Source: an uncultured Coriobacteriia bacterium (lineage in GTDB: Bacteria > Actinomycetota > Coriobacteriia > Anaerosomatales > PALSA-660). Taken from it: a DNA stretch of 64,000 nucleotides. This document shows positions 52,016-63,699 of this stretch, piece by piece (position 1 is the first letter of the stretch; each line of letters begins with the position of its first letter). The position numbers and the translations under genes are program-made. The DNA is taken from assembly GCA_963701985.1 (NCBI GenBank), contig OY969691.1, positions 1,672,260 to 1,736,259 on the forward strand. The letters are read 5' to 3'. Under the pieces are notes generated by a model. It saw only the letters and a list, made by a program, of their open reading frames with translations, was not told where the DNA came from and searched no databases.

Positions 52016-53198
52016 ATGGAGATCGAGATCGGACGCGGCAAGACCGCCCGGCAGGGCATACGGATTCGACGACCTCGCGATCGTGCCGTCGCGGCGCACG
52101 CGCGACCCGCGCGACGTCGACATCACGTGGGAGTTCGGCTTCCGCGGCCGGACGTACACCTTCCCGCTGCCGATCCTCGCGTCGGCGATGGACGGCGTCG
52201 TCGACCCGGCGTTCGCGGTCGCGCATGGGCAAGCTCGGCGGCCTCGCGGTGCTGAACCTCGAGGGCATCCAGACCCGCTACGAGGACGCGAACGAGCAGC
52301 TCGACCTCATCGCCTCCTTCGACAAGGACGAGGCGACCGCGCAGCATGCAGGAGATCTACCGCGAGCCCGTCAAGGAAGAGCTCATCACGCGAGCGCGTC
52401 AAGCGAGATCAAGGACGGCGGCGTGCTGGCGGCCGCGTCGCTCACCCCGCAGAACGTGCGAGCGCTACATCGACGCCGCGATGGCCGGCGGGCTCGACAT
52501 CCTCGTCATCCAAGGGCACGGTCGTCTCGGCCGAGCACGTGTCCAGCTACGACAAGCCGCTCGACCTCAACGCGTTCATCAACGAGCCTCGACATCCCCG
52601 TCATCGTCGGCGGCTGCTGCAGCTACTCGGGCGCCCTGCACCTCATGCGCACCGGCGCCGTCGGCGTGCTCGTGGGCGTCGGACCGGGCCACGCGTGCAC
52701 GTCGCGCCGCGTGCTCGGCATCGGCGTGCCGCAGGGCACCGCCATCGCGGACGCCGCGGCGGCGCGGATGCGCCACCTCGACGAGACCGGCACGCTACTG
52801 CCACGTCATCGCCGACGGCGGCATGCGCACCGGCGGCGACCTCGCCAAGGCGATCGCCGTGCGGCGCCGACGCGGTCATGATCGGCTCGCCGCTCGCGAG
52901 CGCCGCCGAGGCGCCCGGCCGCGGCTACCACTGGGGCATGGCGACCTTCCACCCCGACCTGCCGCGCGGCACGCGCGTCCGCGGCGGCATCAAGGGCACG
53001 CTCGAGGAGATCCTGCTCGGCCCGGCGCACCAGAACGACGGCACGCTCAACCTCGTCGGCGGCCTGCGCACCTCGATGGCGACCTGCGGCTACGAGAACC
53101 TCAAGGCGTTCCAGAAGGCGGAGGTCATGGTCGCGCCGTCGCTCCAGACCGAGGGCAAGGTGCTGCAGAACGCCCAGGGCGTCGGGATGGGCCGCTAG
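52016..53198 (+). CDS. GuaB3-type IMP dehydrogenase family protein (frameshifted)
   Basis: AYGFDDLAIVPSRRTRDP; SAMDGVV; GVGPGHACTSR; IADGGM; GYHWGMAT. Confidence 0.88.
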
Positions 53199-53199
53199 C

Positions 53200-54773
53200 G
53201 TGCCGCATCGCAGCACGACGAGCAGCCGACCGTCTTCGTCGCTCGACTTCGGCGCGCAGTACGCGCAGCTGATCGCGCGGCGGGTCCGCGAGTGCCGCGT
53301 GTACTCGCGAGATCGTGCCGTACGACATCACGCGCGGAGGAGGTCGAGCGCCGCGCACCCGCGGCGCTCATCCTCTCGGGCGGGCCGGCGTCGGTCTACG
53401 CCGAGGGCGCGCCGCAGATGGACCCGCGCATCTTCGAGCTCGGGCATCCCGGTGCTCGGGCTTCTGCTACGGCATGCAGCTGATGGCGCTCGACCTCGGC
53501 GGCGAGGTGCCGAAGACCGACGTCGGCGAGTACGGCTTCGCGCGAGCTCACCGTCACCGATCCGTCGTGCGCGCTGTTCGAGGGCCTGCCGCGCGACGCA
53601 GCAGGTCTGGATGAGCCACCGCGACAGCGTCGGCACGGCGCCGCGCGGGGTTCGCCGTCGACGGCCTCGCACGCCACCACCGGCGGTGGCCGCGATGGCG
53701 GACGCGGCGCGCAGGCTGTACGCGACGCAGTTCCACCCCGAGGTCGCGCACACGCCGGCGCGGGCTAGCACATCATCAAGCACTTCCTCTACGACGTCGC
53801 CGGGCATCCCGCCGACGTGGACGATGGTCAACATCATCGACGAGGCGGTCGAGCAGCATCCGCGCGCAGGTGGGCGACGCGCGCGTGATCTGCGGGCTGT
53901 CGGGCGGCGTGGACTCAGTCGGTCGTGGCCGCGCTCGCTGCACCGCGCCATCGGCGACCAGCTGACGTGCGTGTTCGTCGACCACGGCATGCTGCGGCTC
54001 GACGAGGCCGACCAGGTCGTGCACGTGTTCCGCGACCAGTTCCGCGTCCACCTCGTGCACGTGGACGCGCGAGGACCGCTACCTCGCGCTGCTGGCCGGC
54101 GTGACCGACCCCGAGCAGAAGCGCCGCATCATCGGCGAGGAGTTCTGGAAGGTCTTCTTCGAGGAGGCGACGAGCGCTCGAGGGCGTGCGCGTTCCTCGC
54201 CCAGGGCACGCTGTATCCCGACGTCATCGAGTCGGGGCCAGGACGGCGGCCAAGATCAAGAGCCACCACAACCTCATCCCGTTCCCCGAGGGCGTGCACT
54301 TCGACCTCATCGAGCCGCTCGCGGCGCTGTTCAAGGACGAGGTGCGCGCGGTCGGCGCCGAGCTCGGCCTGCCCGGACGAGATCGTGCACCGGCAGCCGT
54401 TCCCGGGCCCGGGTCTCGCGGTGCGCATCATCGGCGAGATCACGCGCGAGAAGCTCGACATGCTGCGGCGCGCGGACGCGATCGTGCGCGAGGAGATCGG
54501 CGCGTGGGACGAGGAGCGCGAGGTGTGGCAGTACTTCGCCGTGCTGCCCGACATCCGCAGCGTCGGCGTCATGGGCGACGAGCGCACCTACGGGCGCCCC
54601 ATCATCATCCGCGCGGTCGCCTCGGCCGACGCCATGACGGCCGACTGGGCGCGCCTGCCGCACGAGCTGCTCGCGCAGCATGAGCAACCGCATCATCAAC
54701 GAGGTCGACGGGCGTCAACCGGGTCGCCTACGACATCACGAGCAAGCCGCCCGGTACCATCGAGTGGGAGTAG
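53200..54773 (+). CDS. guaA: GMP synthase (multiple frameshifts)
   Basis: [17 protein letters not shown]; GFCYGMQ; QFHPEV; LSGGVDS; QPFPGPGL; [10 protein letters not shown]. Confidence 0.94.
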
Positions 54774-54821
54774 GAAGCCGACGCGGCGCCCGCGCGACGC
54801 GATCGAGTCGAGGAGGACGCG

Positions 54822-55089
54822 ATGAGTGACGAAGCGCGCGACCAGATCGCGGGTCTGCGTGCGCAGTCGACGAGATCGACTGCCGCATCGTGGACGCTGC
54901 TGAACGAGCGCGCCAAGCTCGCGCTGCGCGATCCGCGAGCTCAAGCCGAAGCTGCAGCTCGGGCTGTACGACCCGAAGCGCGAGGAGGAGATCTTCGCGC
55001 GCCTCGCCGCCTGCAACGAGGGTCCGCTGTACGCGGACAACCTGCGGGAGATCTACGAGGCCATCCTGCACGTCATGAAGGAGCTGTAG
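54822..55089 (+). CDS. Chorismate mutase, AroQ type (frameshifted)
   Basis: LRAQ-DEID...LLNERAKLA; YDPKREEEI; upstream of DAHP synthase. Confidence 0.82.
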
Positions 55090-55094
55090 CCGTC

Positions 55095-55890
55095 ATGCCG
55101 CAGCAGCCGAAGGCGGCGTCGGCCGTCACGAACGGACGGCCCGATCACGGTCATCGCGGGCCCGTGCTCGGTCGAGAGCCGCGAGCAGATCATGGAGGTC
55201 GCGGCCGTCTGCGCGGAGCTGGGCATCCGCGTGTTGCGCGGCGGCGCGTACAAGCCGCGGACCAGCCCGTACTCGTTCCAGGGGCTGGAGGAGAAGGGGC
55301 TCGAGCTGCTCCGGGAGGCCGGCGAGCGGTACGGCTTGCTCACGTGCACCGAGGTCGTCGACTCCGCGCACGCGGAGATCGTGGACGCCTACGTCGACAT
55401 CCTGCAGGTCGGCACGCGCAACATGGCGAACTTCTCCTTGCTGAAGAAGCTCGGGATCGTGACCGAGAAGAGCGGCAAGCCCGTGCTCTTCAAGCGCGGC
55501 ATGGCGGCCACCATCGAGGAGTGGCTGGCCGCGTCCGAGTACATCACGATGCGCAACCCCAACGTCATCCTGTGCGAGCGGGGCATCCGGACGTTCGAGA
55601 CCGCGACGCGCTTCACGCTCGACATCACCGCCGTCCCGGTCGTGCACAAGCTCTCGATGCTCCCGATCATCGTCGACGCGTCGCATCCGACCGGGCAACG
55701 CGATCTGGTCGCGCCGGTGTGCAGGGCCGCTGTCGCGATCGGCGCGGACGGGATCATGGTCGAGGCGCACCCGGACCCGCGCAGCGCGCTCTCCGACGGC
55801 CCGCAGTCACTCGACCTTGCAGGACTTCGCAGTCTCATGGGCGAACTTGAACCGGTAGCGAACGCCATCGGCAGGTCTCTTGCTCCATAG
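55095..55890 (+). CDS. aroF: DAHP synthase type I-beta, catalytic domain only (5' frameshift)
   Basis: IAGPCSVES; [16 protein letters not shown]; [10 protein letters not shown]; IVDASH; SDGPQSL. Confidence 0.9.
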
Positions 55891-55963
55891 CCGTTCGGGC
55901 CACGGCACGCCCGCTCGTTCACGCGCTGGAGGTTGCGGGAACACGAGCGGATGACGGGAGGCG

Positions 55964-56179
55964 ATGGTGCCCGGACTCTACCAAGGATTCGACCGCGCCA
56001 TGTGCCGCCACTGCGGCGCCCTCGACAAGCACAAGCTGGGGACGTGCAGCGTGTGCGGGCTGAACGTGTGCGAGAACTGCGGCAACGTGCAGCTCGTCCA
56101 CGGCGAGAAGCGCGTGACGCACGACGCGTGCCTGTCGCGGGACGAGGACGGCTTCACGATGATCAAGTTCGTGAAGTAG
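55964..56179 (+). CDS. Small Cys-rich, probable double zinc-finger protein
   Basis: 71 aa, CxxC-x10-CxxC-x4-CxxC-x13-HxxC; GGGAGG RBS. Confidence 0.78.
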   Translation: MVPGLYQGFDRAMCRHCGALDKHKLGTCSVCGLNVCENCGNVQLVHGEKRVTHDACLSRDEDGFTMIKFVK

Positions 56180-56227
56180 AGACGAAGCTCCCTGCGCGGA
56201 CCCGCGCTGCGGTACAATGAAACTTCC

Positions 56228-58475
56228 ATGACAATCGACCTCAGCGTCCTCAACCCTGCCCAGCGCGACGCCGTCGACCACGATCGAGGGCCCGCTCCTC
56301 GTCCTGGCCGGCGCCGGCTCCGGCAAGACCCGCGTGCTCACGTACCGCATCGCCCACCTCGTGGGCGACCTCGGCGTGCCGCCGCATCGCATCCTGGCGA
56401 TCACCTTCACGAACAAGGCGGCGGGCGAGATGCGCGAGCGGCTCGGCGGCGCTCGTCGGGCCGGCCTCGCGCGGCATGTGGGTCATGACCTTCCACGCGA
56501 TGTGCGTGCCGCATGCTGCGCCGGGAGGCCGAGCTGCTCGGCTACACGCCGTCAGTTCACGATCTACGACGACGACGACGGCAAGCGCATGCTGAGCGCC
56601 GTGCTGGCGGGCCTCGACATCGACGCGAAGCGCTTCCCGGCCGACGGCGATGCTCGCGACGCATCTCCGCCGCGAAGAACGAGCTGATCGCGCCGAAGGC
56701 ACTACGCGGACAGCGCCGTCACGCTCGCCGCGAGAAGGTCGCCGCGCAGGTCTACGCCGACTACCAGCGGCGCCTGCTCGCGGCCAACGCGATGGACTTC
56801 GACGACCTGCTCGTGAACGCCGTGCGTCTGCTCGGCGAGCATCCGGACGTGCTGCGCGCGCTGGCAGCGAGCGGTTCCGCTACATCCTGCGTCGACGAGT
56901 ACCAGGACACCAACCACGCCCAGTACGCGACTGGTGAACATGCTGGCTGCGAGCCGCACCGCAACCTGATGGTCGTCGGCGACGACGACCAGTCGATCTA
57001 CTCGTGGCGCGGCGCCGACATCCGCAACATCCTCGAGTTCGAGAAGGACTACCCGGAGGCCGCCGTCGTCGGCTCGAGCAGAACTACCGCTCGACGAAGA
57101 CGATCCTCGCGGCCGCGAACTCCGTCGTCGCGCAACAACGCGAGCCGCAAGCCCAAGACGCTGTGGACCGCCAACGCCGAAGGCGAGGCGATCACGCGCT
57201 ACCTCGCCGCGCGACGAGCGCGACGAGGCGCGCTTCGTGGTCGACGAGATCGAGCGGCTGCTCTCGCGACGAGCACCGTCAGCTACTGCGACTTCGCCGT
57301 CTTCTACCGGACCAACGCGCAGAGCCGCGTGCTCGAGGACCAGTTCCTGCGCACGGGCGTGCCCTACCAGCATCGTCGGCGGCACGCGATTCTTCGAGCG
57401 CGCGGAGATCCGCGACGTGATGGCGTACCTGCGCGCGGTGGCGAACCCGGCCGACCCGGGGTCGCTCAAGCGCATCATCAACCGCCCGCGGCGCGGCATC
57501 GGCGACGCCACGCATCGCCACGCTCGAGGACGCCGCGCGCGCGCGAGGGCATCTCGCTGCAGGAGACCGTCGCGCGTGCCGCGCAGGAGGACTGGCTCGG
57601 CTCCGGCCCGCGCGCGCAAGGTCGCGGCGTTCGCCGACGCTCCTTGCGCGAGATGCACGCGGCCGACGGCGGCCTTCGGGAACGCGTCGAGCAGATCGTG
57701 GCGCTCTCCGGTCATCGAGGGCGCGTTGCGCCAGGAGAGCACCGACGAGGCGCGGGCCCGCATCGAGAACATCCGCGAGTTCTTCGGCGTCGTGCAGGAG
57801 TTCGACGAGACGCACGAGGACGCCGGCTTCGACGACTTCCTCGAGTGGGTGGCGCTGCGCACCGACCTCGACGCTGATCGAGGGCGAGCGAGCACGCGGT
57901 CACGCTCATGACGCATGCACACCGCCAAGGGACTCGAGTTCCCGGTCGTGTTCATCGTGGGCATGGAGGACGGCATCTTCCCGCACGCGAACTCGATGTT
58001 CGAGCCGGCCGGGCTCGAGGAGGAGCGCCGGCTGGCGTACGTCGGCATCACCCGGGCGCGAGAGCGGCTGTACCTCACCCACGCCTATCAGCGCATGCTC
58101 TACGGGGCCACGCAGCACAACCCTGTCTCGATGTTCGTGCGCGAGATCCCCGAGGACAAGATACACGCGGAGGGCATCGGCAGCGCAGAATGGGAGCGGG
58201 CGGCGGCGGCTCGGGGCGACCGCTACGGGCGGTCCGGCTGGCGGGAGCCGCAGCGTGAGACGGGCGGCCGCGTCTACGGAGCGGGAGCGCCGCGCCGGGA
58301 GGCGACGCAGCCCGCGGCTTCGACGTACACGGCCGGCGACGCCGTCGAACACAAGACGTTCGGGCCCGGCCGCGTGGTCGAGGTCAAGGGCGACAAGCTC
58401 GTGGTCGACTTCGGCGGTGCGGCGGGCACAAAGACGTTGCTGGCGGGCTTCGCGCCGCTCCGCAAGCTGACCTGA
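56228..58475 (+). CDS. pcrA: UvrD/PcrA DNA helicase (many frameshifts)
   Basis: AGAGSGKT; ITFTNKAA; VDEYQDTN; [14 protein letters not shown]; HTAKGLEF; [14 protein letters not shown]; C-terminal Tudor-like VEHKTFGPG. Confidence 0.94.
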
Positions 58476-58505
58476 CCCGTGCACTCATCGGGAGTGGATG
58501 AAGAG

Positions 58506-60128
58506 ATGGGACCCGTTCTCGTCCTCGGACACCGCAATCCGGACAACGACTCGGTCTGCTCCGCCGTGGCATACGCCCATCTGAAGAACCTCACGGACCC
58601 GTCGCGCGTGTACACGGCCGCTCGTCTCGGGCCCCTGCCCGCGGAGTCGCTATGGGTCTTGGACCGCTTCGGCGTCGAGCAGCCGCCGCTCGTCGACGAC
58701 GTCTTCACGCGCGTCGGCGACGTGATGACCACGGACGTCGTCACCGTGGGCCCGGACGAATCGCTGCGAGCCGTGGGCGCGCTCCTCGCGGAGCGCGGGG
58801 TGCGTGCGCTCCCGGTCGTGGAGGACGGGCGGGTCCTGGGCCTCGTGACGGTGGAAGCGCTCGCGGCCCGCTACGTGGAGAACCTCATCGTGTCCGGTTT
58901 CTCCGAACGGCCGGTCAGTGTCGGGATGGTCGTCGACACCCTTCTCGGCGAGCTCGTCACCGGCCAGCGCGACACGCTGCTGTCCGGGAACGTCGTCATC
59001 GGCGCCATGGAGCCCGAGACGATGGAGAAGCTCGTCCGGCCGGGCGACACGCTCATCGTCGGCGACCGGCGCCGAACGCAGCCGCTCGCTGTGGAGGCCG
59101 GCATCGCGTGTCTGATCGTCACGGGCGGGCAGGGGCTCACCGACGGCGTCCTCGACCTCGCGCGACGACGCGGCGCGGCCATCGTGACCACGCGCGAGGA
59201 CACCTACGGCGCGGCGCGGCTCCTCGACCTGGCCCATTCGGCGTCCGAGGTCATGGATCGCGACGTCCTCACCGTGGAGCCGGAGACCTTGCTCTCTGAG
59301 GCGGCCGAGGACCTGTTCTCGTCGCCTCAGCGCGAAGCGCCGGTCGTGGACGGCGGACGGATCCTTGGGGTGCTGACGCGCACCGACATCGCGCGCGCCG
59401 GACGGCGCGAGGTCATCCTCGTGGATCACAACGAGGTCTCCCAGTCGGCCGAAGGGATCCGCGAGGCCTCGGTCCTCGAGATACTCGACCATCATCGGAT
59501 CGGCGACGTGGAGACCGCGTCGCCGATCGCGTTCCGGGGGCTGCCGGTCGGCGCCACGGCGACCATCGTCGCCGACCGCTACCGCGAGCTCGATGTCGAG
59601 CCGCCGGCGCCGATGGCCGGGCTGATGCTCTCCGCTATCATGACCGACACCGTGCTGCTGAGATCTCCCACGACGACCGACATGGACCGCGACATCGTCG
59701 ATTGGCTCTCCGGAGTGCTCGGGCTGGACGCCACCGCCTTCGGGATGGAGACGTTCCGCGCCCGCAGCGCCGGGGAGGCGTTCTCGGCCGACAAGGCCGT
59801 CACGCGCGACCTCAAGGAGTTCCGCGTCGGCGAACGCACGATCGCAGTCGCGCAGGTGGAGACGGTCGATCTCGGCGACGTGCTCGACCACCGCGACGAG
59901 CTTCTCGCCTGCATGGAGGGCCTCGTCGCCGCGCGCGGCTACGAGACGGTCGTCCTGATGGTCACGGACATCGTGCGCGAGGGCAGCGAGCTCCTGGTCG
60001 CCGGCAGGCGCAGGCTCGTCGAGAAGGCGTTCGGGGTGACGCTCGACCACGCGTCGGCGTGGTTCGACGGCATGCTGTCGCGCAAGAAGCAGGTCGTCCC
60101 GCGCCTCGTGGGCGCGCCGAACGCGTGA
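58506..60128 (+). CDS. ppaC: Mn-dependent family II inorganic pyrophosphatase with CBS-DRTGG insert
   Basis: GHRNPDNDS; CBS repeats around DRTGG-like LIVTGG; LVDHNE; LDHH; SRKKQVVP. Confidence 0.92.
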   Translation: MGPVLVLGHRNPDNDSVCSAVAYAHLKNLTDPSRVYTAARLGPLPAESLWVLDRFGVEQPPLVDDVFTRVGDVMTTDVVTVGPDESLRAVGALLAERGVRALPVVEDGRVLGLVTVEALAARYVENLIVSGFSERPVSVGMVVDTLLGELVTGQRDTLLSGNVVIGAMEPETMEKLVRPGDTLIVGDRRRTQPLAVEAGIACLIVTGGQGLTDGVLDLARRRGAAIVTTREDTYGAARLLDLAHSASEVMDRDVLTVEPETLLSEAAEDLFSSPQREAPVVDGGRILGVLTRTDIARAGRREVILVDHNEVSQSAEGIREASVLEILDHHRIGDVETASPIAFRGLPVGATATIVADRYRELDVEPPAPMAGLMLSAIMTDTVLLRSPTTTDMDRDIVDWLSGVLGLDATAFGMETFRARSAGEAFSADKAVTRDLKEFRVGERTIAVAQVETVDLGDVLDHRDELLACMEGLVAARGYETVVLMVTDIVREGSELLVAGRRRLVEKAFGVTLDHASAWFDGMLSRKKQVVPRLVGAPNA

Positions 60129-60158
60129 GGCGCGGCCCCGTCGCTGGCGGCGGCCGCC

Positions 60159-61538
60159 CTATCTCGCGCGCGGCAGCCGCAACGTGACGGTCGTACCCTC
60201 GCCGGGGCTGGAGGCGACGTCCACCGAGCCGCCGGACCGCTCGACCGCGTTGCGGACGAGCGAGAGCCCGAGGCCCGTGCCGCCGCCGCGCGTGCGCGCC
60301 GCGTCCACTCGGTAGAACCGCTCGAAGACGCGGGGGAGGTGCTCGGGGCCGATCCCGATCCCGGTATCGCTCACCGTCACCGTCACCGTCGCCTCGTCCC
60401 CCGCCAGCCCGACGGTCACGCCGCCGTGCTCGGTGTAGGCGATGGCGTTCGCCAGCAGGTTGTCGAGCGCGATCGCCACGTCGGTCGGCTCCGCCGCCGC
60501 GTAGAGATCGGCGCCCTCCGCGGCCGAGTCGTCGACCGCGAGATCGAGCCCCGCGGCGCTGGCCGACGCGCGGTGCGCCGCGAGCGCGTTGGTCGCGGAG
60601 AGCCGGACGTCGGTGATCGTACCCGGGGCCGGCACCATCTCGAGGCGCGACAGGTCGAGGAGGTCGAGGACGAGGCGCCGGAGCCGGTCCGCCTCGCTCT
60701 CGATCTGCGCGACGAACTCGAGCGCCTGGCGCTCGTCGCCGTCCTCGGCCGCCGCTGCCGCCGAGCCGGCGAGCAGCTGGATGGCGGCGACGGGCGTCTT
60801 CAGCTCGTGGGAGGCGTTGGCGACGAAGTCGCGCCGCACCTGGTCGAGGCGCCGGCGCGCGGTGATGTCGGCGATCACGACGAGCGTGCGCGGTTCCGGG
60901 CCGGGAGCGGTCAACGGCATCGCCGTGACGCGGAAGTAGCGTGCCTCGGGATCCGGGCCGACCTCGCCCGAGTACGGAGCGTCACAGCCGAGCCGGGCAC
61001 GCACGGCGGCGGCCAGCGACGTCGGCATCTCGACGTCCGCGAGCGGCGTGCCGCGCCAGCCGCGCAACGGGGCCCGGAAGAGCGCGCCGGCGGCTCTGTT
61101 CGCGATCGTCACCATCTCGCCCTCGAAGACGAAGACGGCGTCGAGCAGCCCGTCGAGCACGGCGCGCAGCGTCGCCTGGCCGCCTTCGAGCTCGGTGATC
61201 GTCTCGCGCATGGTGTCGCGCAACGTCGCCAAGGACGCCGCGAGCTCGCCGATCTCGCCGTCCGCCTGCGGCAGCCGCGCCCTCAGGTCGCCGGACGCCA
61301 TCGCCTCCGCCGCGTCGCGCAGCTGCGACACCGGACGCGCGATGGAGGCGGAGAGCCGGTAGGCGATCACGGCGGCGGCGACGACCGCGACCCCGAGCAG
61401 CGCGAGGGCGGTGCGGCGCGCGCCCGCGGGCCCGTACAGGCCGAGCAGCGACGCGAACGCGAGCACGGCCACCACCGCCGCGTAGCCGAGGGCGACGCGC
61501 GTGCGCAACGATCTCGTGGACGCGCGTCGAGGCGCCAT
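60159..61538 (-). CDS. phoR: PhoR-like sensor histidine kinase
   Basis: Transmembrane segments and HAMP; RRDFVANASHELKTP; NLLANA; DTGIGI; FERFYRVD; GGTGLGLS; divergent from pstS. Confidence 0.85.
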   Translation of the reverse strand: MAPRRASTRSLRTRVALGYAAVVAVLAFASLLGLYGPAGARRTALALLGVAVVAAAVIAYRLSASIARPVSQLRDAAEAMASGDLRARLPQADGEIGELAASLATLRDTMRETITELEGGQATLRAVLDGLLDAVFVFEGEMVTIANRAAGALFRAPLRGWRGTPLADVEMPTSLAAAVRARLGCDAPYSGEVGPDPEARYFRVTAMPLTAPGPEPRTLVVIADITARRRLDQVRRDFVANASHELKTPVAAIQLLAGSAAAAAEDGDERQALEFVAQIESEADRLRRLVLDLLDLSRLEMVPAPGTITDVRLSATNALAAHRASASAAGLDLAVDDSAAEGADLYAAAEPTDVAIALDNLLANAIAYTEHGGVTVGLAGDEATVTVTVSDTGIGIGPEHLPRVFERFYRVDAARTRGGGTGLGLSLVRNAVERSGGSVDVASSPGEGTTVTLRLPRAR

Positions 61539-62248
61539 CAGGCGGTGGCCACGCCCCCCTTCGCCTTCGCGTCGAAGCGGTACCCGACGCCGTGCACCGT
61601 GTGGATGTACGTGTATCCCGACGGGTCCTCGATCGCCTGACGGAGACGCCGGATGTGGACGTCGATCGTGCGCGACGACGTGAGGTGGTCGTAGCCCCAC
61701 ACCGTCTGGGCGAGCTTCTGCCGCGTCATCAGCCGGCCCGGCTCCCTGGCCAAGGCGACGAGCAGCTGGAACTCCTTGAGCCGGAGGCGTGCCGGCTTGC
61801 CGTCGACGGTCGCGCGCAGTTGGGAGGGCTCGATCACGAGGTCGCCGACCGTGATGACCTCTTCCGTCTCGAGGACGGCGCGTTCTCGGACTCGGCGCAG
61901 GTTGGCGCGCACGCGCGCGAGCAGCTCCTCGATGGAGAACGGCTTCGTGATGTAGTCGTCCGCGCCGGCGTCCAGCCCGCGCACCTTGTCGCGCTCCTCG
62001 GAGAGCGCGGTCACCATGACGATGGCCACGTCGGGGTCGAGCTGCCGCATCCGCTCGGCGAACTCGAAGCCGTCGATCCCCGGCAGCATGAGGTCGAGCA
62101 GGATGAGGTCGGGGGGCTCCGAGCGCGCCATCTGCAGGGCCTCGTTGCCGTTGTCGCTGGCCCTCGTCGTGAAGCCCGCTCTCCTCAGGGCGTAGTCGAC
62201 CGTCTGCCGGATGATGGGATCGTCTTCCACGACCAGGATGTTCGACAT
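61538..62248 (-). CDS. phoP: OmpR/PhoB-family response regulator
   Basis: ILVVEDD; LLDLMLP; GADDYITKPF; RTIDVHIRRLR; TVHGVGY. Confidence 0.88.
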   Translation of the reverse strand: MSNILVVEDDPIIRQTVDYALRRAGFTTRASDNGNEALQMARSEPPDLILLDLMLPGIDGFEFAERMRQLDPDVAIVMVTALSEERDKVRGLDAGADDYITKPFSIEELLARVRANLRRVRERAVLETEEVITVGDLVIEPSQLRATVDGKPARLRLKEFQLLVALAREPGRLMTRQKLAQTVWGYDHLTSSRTIDVHIRRLRQAIEDPSGYTYIHTVHGVGYRFDAKAKGGVATA

Positions 62249-62405
62249 CGGACGTCTTCCGCTCCCTCGACGCGCGGCTCTCGACGCGCGGCCGTTCCCG
62301 GATGCCGCATGGTACGGACTCGCAGGGCCGTTCCCGTGCGCGCGAACGTCCCGTTCCCGCGCCCGCGTACATCATGCACGGCAACCGCCCCGGTGCGAAG
62401 CGGAT

Positions 62406-62454
62406 TTCACAGACATGTAACCGAGAGAGACGCGGTTCTTACACCCGTGTAACC
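62406..62454 (+). promoter_or_regulatory. Pho-box-like phased direct repeats
   Basis: TTCACA (62406), GTAACC (62417), CTTACA (62438), GTAACC (62449), roughly 11-bp phasing, between phoP and pstS. Confidence 0.6.
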
Positions 62455-62569
62455 ACACGTTTGCGAAGAACAGGGAACATCGCGTCAGGGACAGGAGAAG
62501 CATCGACGGCCGAGGTGCGTCCCGAGGCAGCCCTGCGCGAGGCAGGGGACCCGTGAGGATGGAGAGATC

Positions 62570-63671
62570 GTGAGAATGAAACGATACGTGCTGGTGGGGC
62601 TCGCAGCCGTGCTCGCGGTCGCGGTCGTGGGGCTGGCCGGATGCGGCGGCACCCCGACGAGCGGCAACGGGACGACGTCGACCTCGACGTTCACGGGCAC
62701 CGCGCTCAACGGCGCGGGCGCGACGTTCCCCCAGCCCGTGTACGCGGAGTGGGCGCAGAGCTTCATCAAGGTCGAGTCCGGCGCGAAGGTCAACTACCAG
62801 GCGATCGGCTCCGGCGGCGGCGTGCAGCAGTTCACCGCCAAGACGGTCGACTTCGGTGCGACCGACGTCTCCGCTGACTCGCGTCGGAGGCGGCGAAGAT
62901 CACGGCGCCGTACATCGAGTTCCCGACGTGCCTCGGCGCCGTGGTCGTCTCGTACAACCTCCCGGCCGTGACCACGCCGCTGAAGCTCGACGGCCGACGC
63001 GTCGCGAGCATCTTCCTCGGCAAGATCAAGAAGTGGAACGATCCGGCGATCGCCGCTCTCGAACTCCGGGCGTGACGCTTGCCGTCGACCGCCGATCCAG
63101 GTCGTGCACCGCGCCGACGGTTCGGGCACGACGTCGCATCTTCACCGACGTGGCTGCGAGTGCAGAGCGCCGAGTGGAAGACGAAGGTGGGCGCGGGCAA
63201 GTCGGTCCAGTGGCCGACCGGCCAGGGCGGCAACGGCAACGCGGGCGTGGCGCAGGCCATGAAGCAGACCGCCGGTTCCATCGGCTACCTCGAGCTGCAG
63301 TACGCGGCTCACGCACCGGCCTGCGGCATCGCCTCGATCAAGGCGCCCGACGGCACGTTCGTGGCGCCGTCCGCCGACAGCGTCGCCAAGGCGGGCCAGC
63401 GGGCTGTCCTTCCCGATCACCGAGACGACCAACATCCTGGACTCGAAGGTCGTCCGGCGCGTACCCGATCTCGAGCACGACCTACATCCTGATCTACACG
63501 GACCAGACCGACCAGACCAAGGCGCAGACGCTCGTCGACTTCTGGACCTGGGCGCTGACCAAGGGCCAGTCCGGACTCGCGAAGCTGCAACTACGTGGCG
63601 CTCCCGGACAGCGTCGCGAAGGACTCGCTCGCCGAGCTGGCCAAGATCACGGTGAACGGCACGGCACGTGA
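62570..63671 (+). CDS. pstS: Phosphate ABC transporter substrate-binding lipoprotein (frameshifted)
   Basis: LAGC lipobox; NGAGATFP; YQAIGSGGG; DFGATD; RADGSGT; [10 protein letters not shown]. Confidence 0.92.
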
Positions 63672-63699
63672 CTCCGTCCGCATCCGTGCAAGTAGTCGC

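Noticed and set aside
60159-62384. 741-aa histidine kinase with a long N-terminal extension
   Set aside because: The extension overlaps the response regulator gene. The real start is at 61538, coupled through a TGATG overlap.
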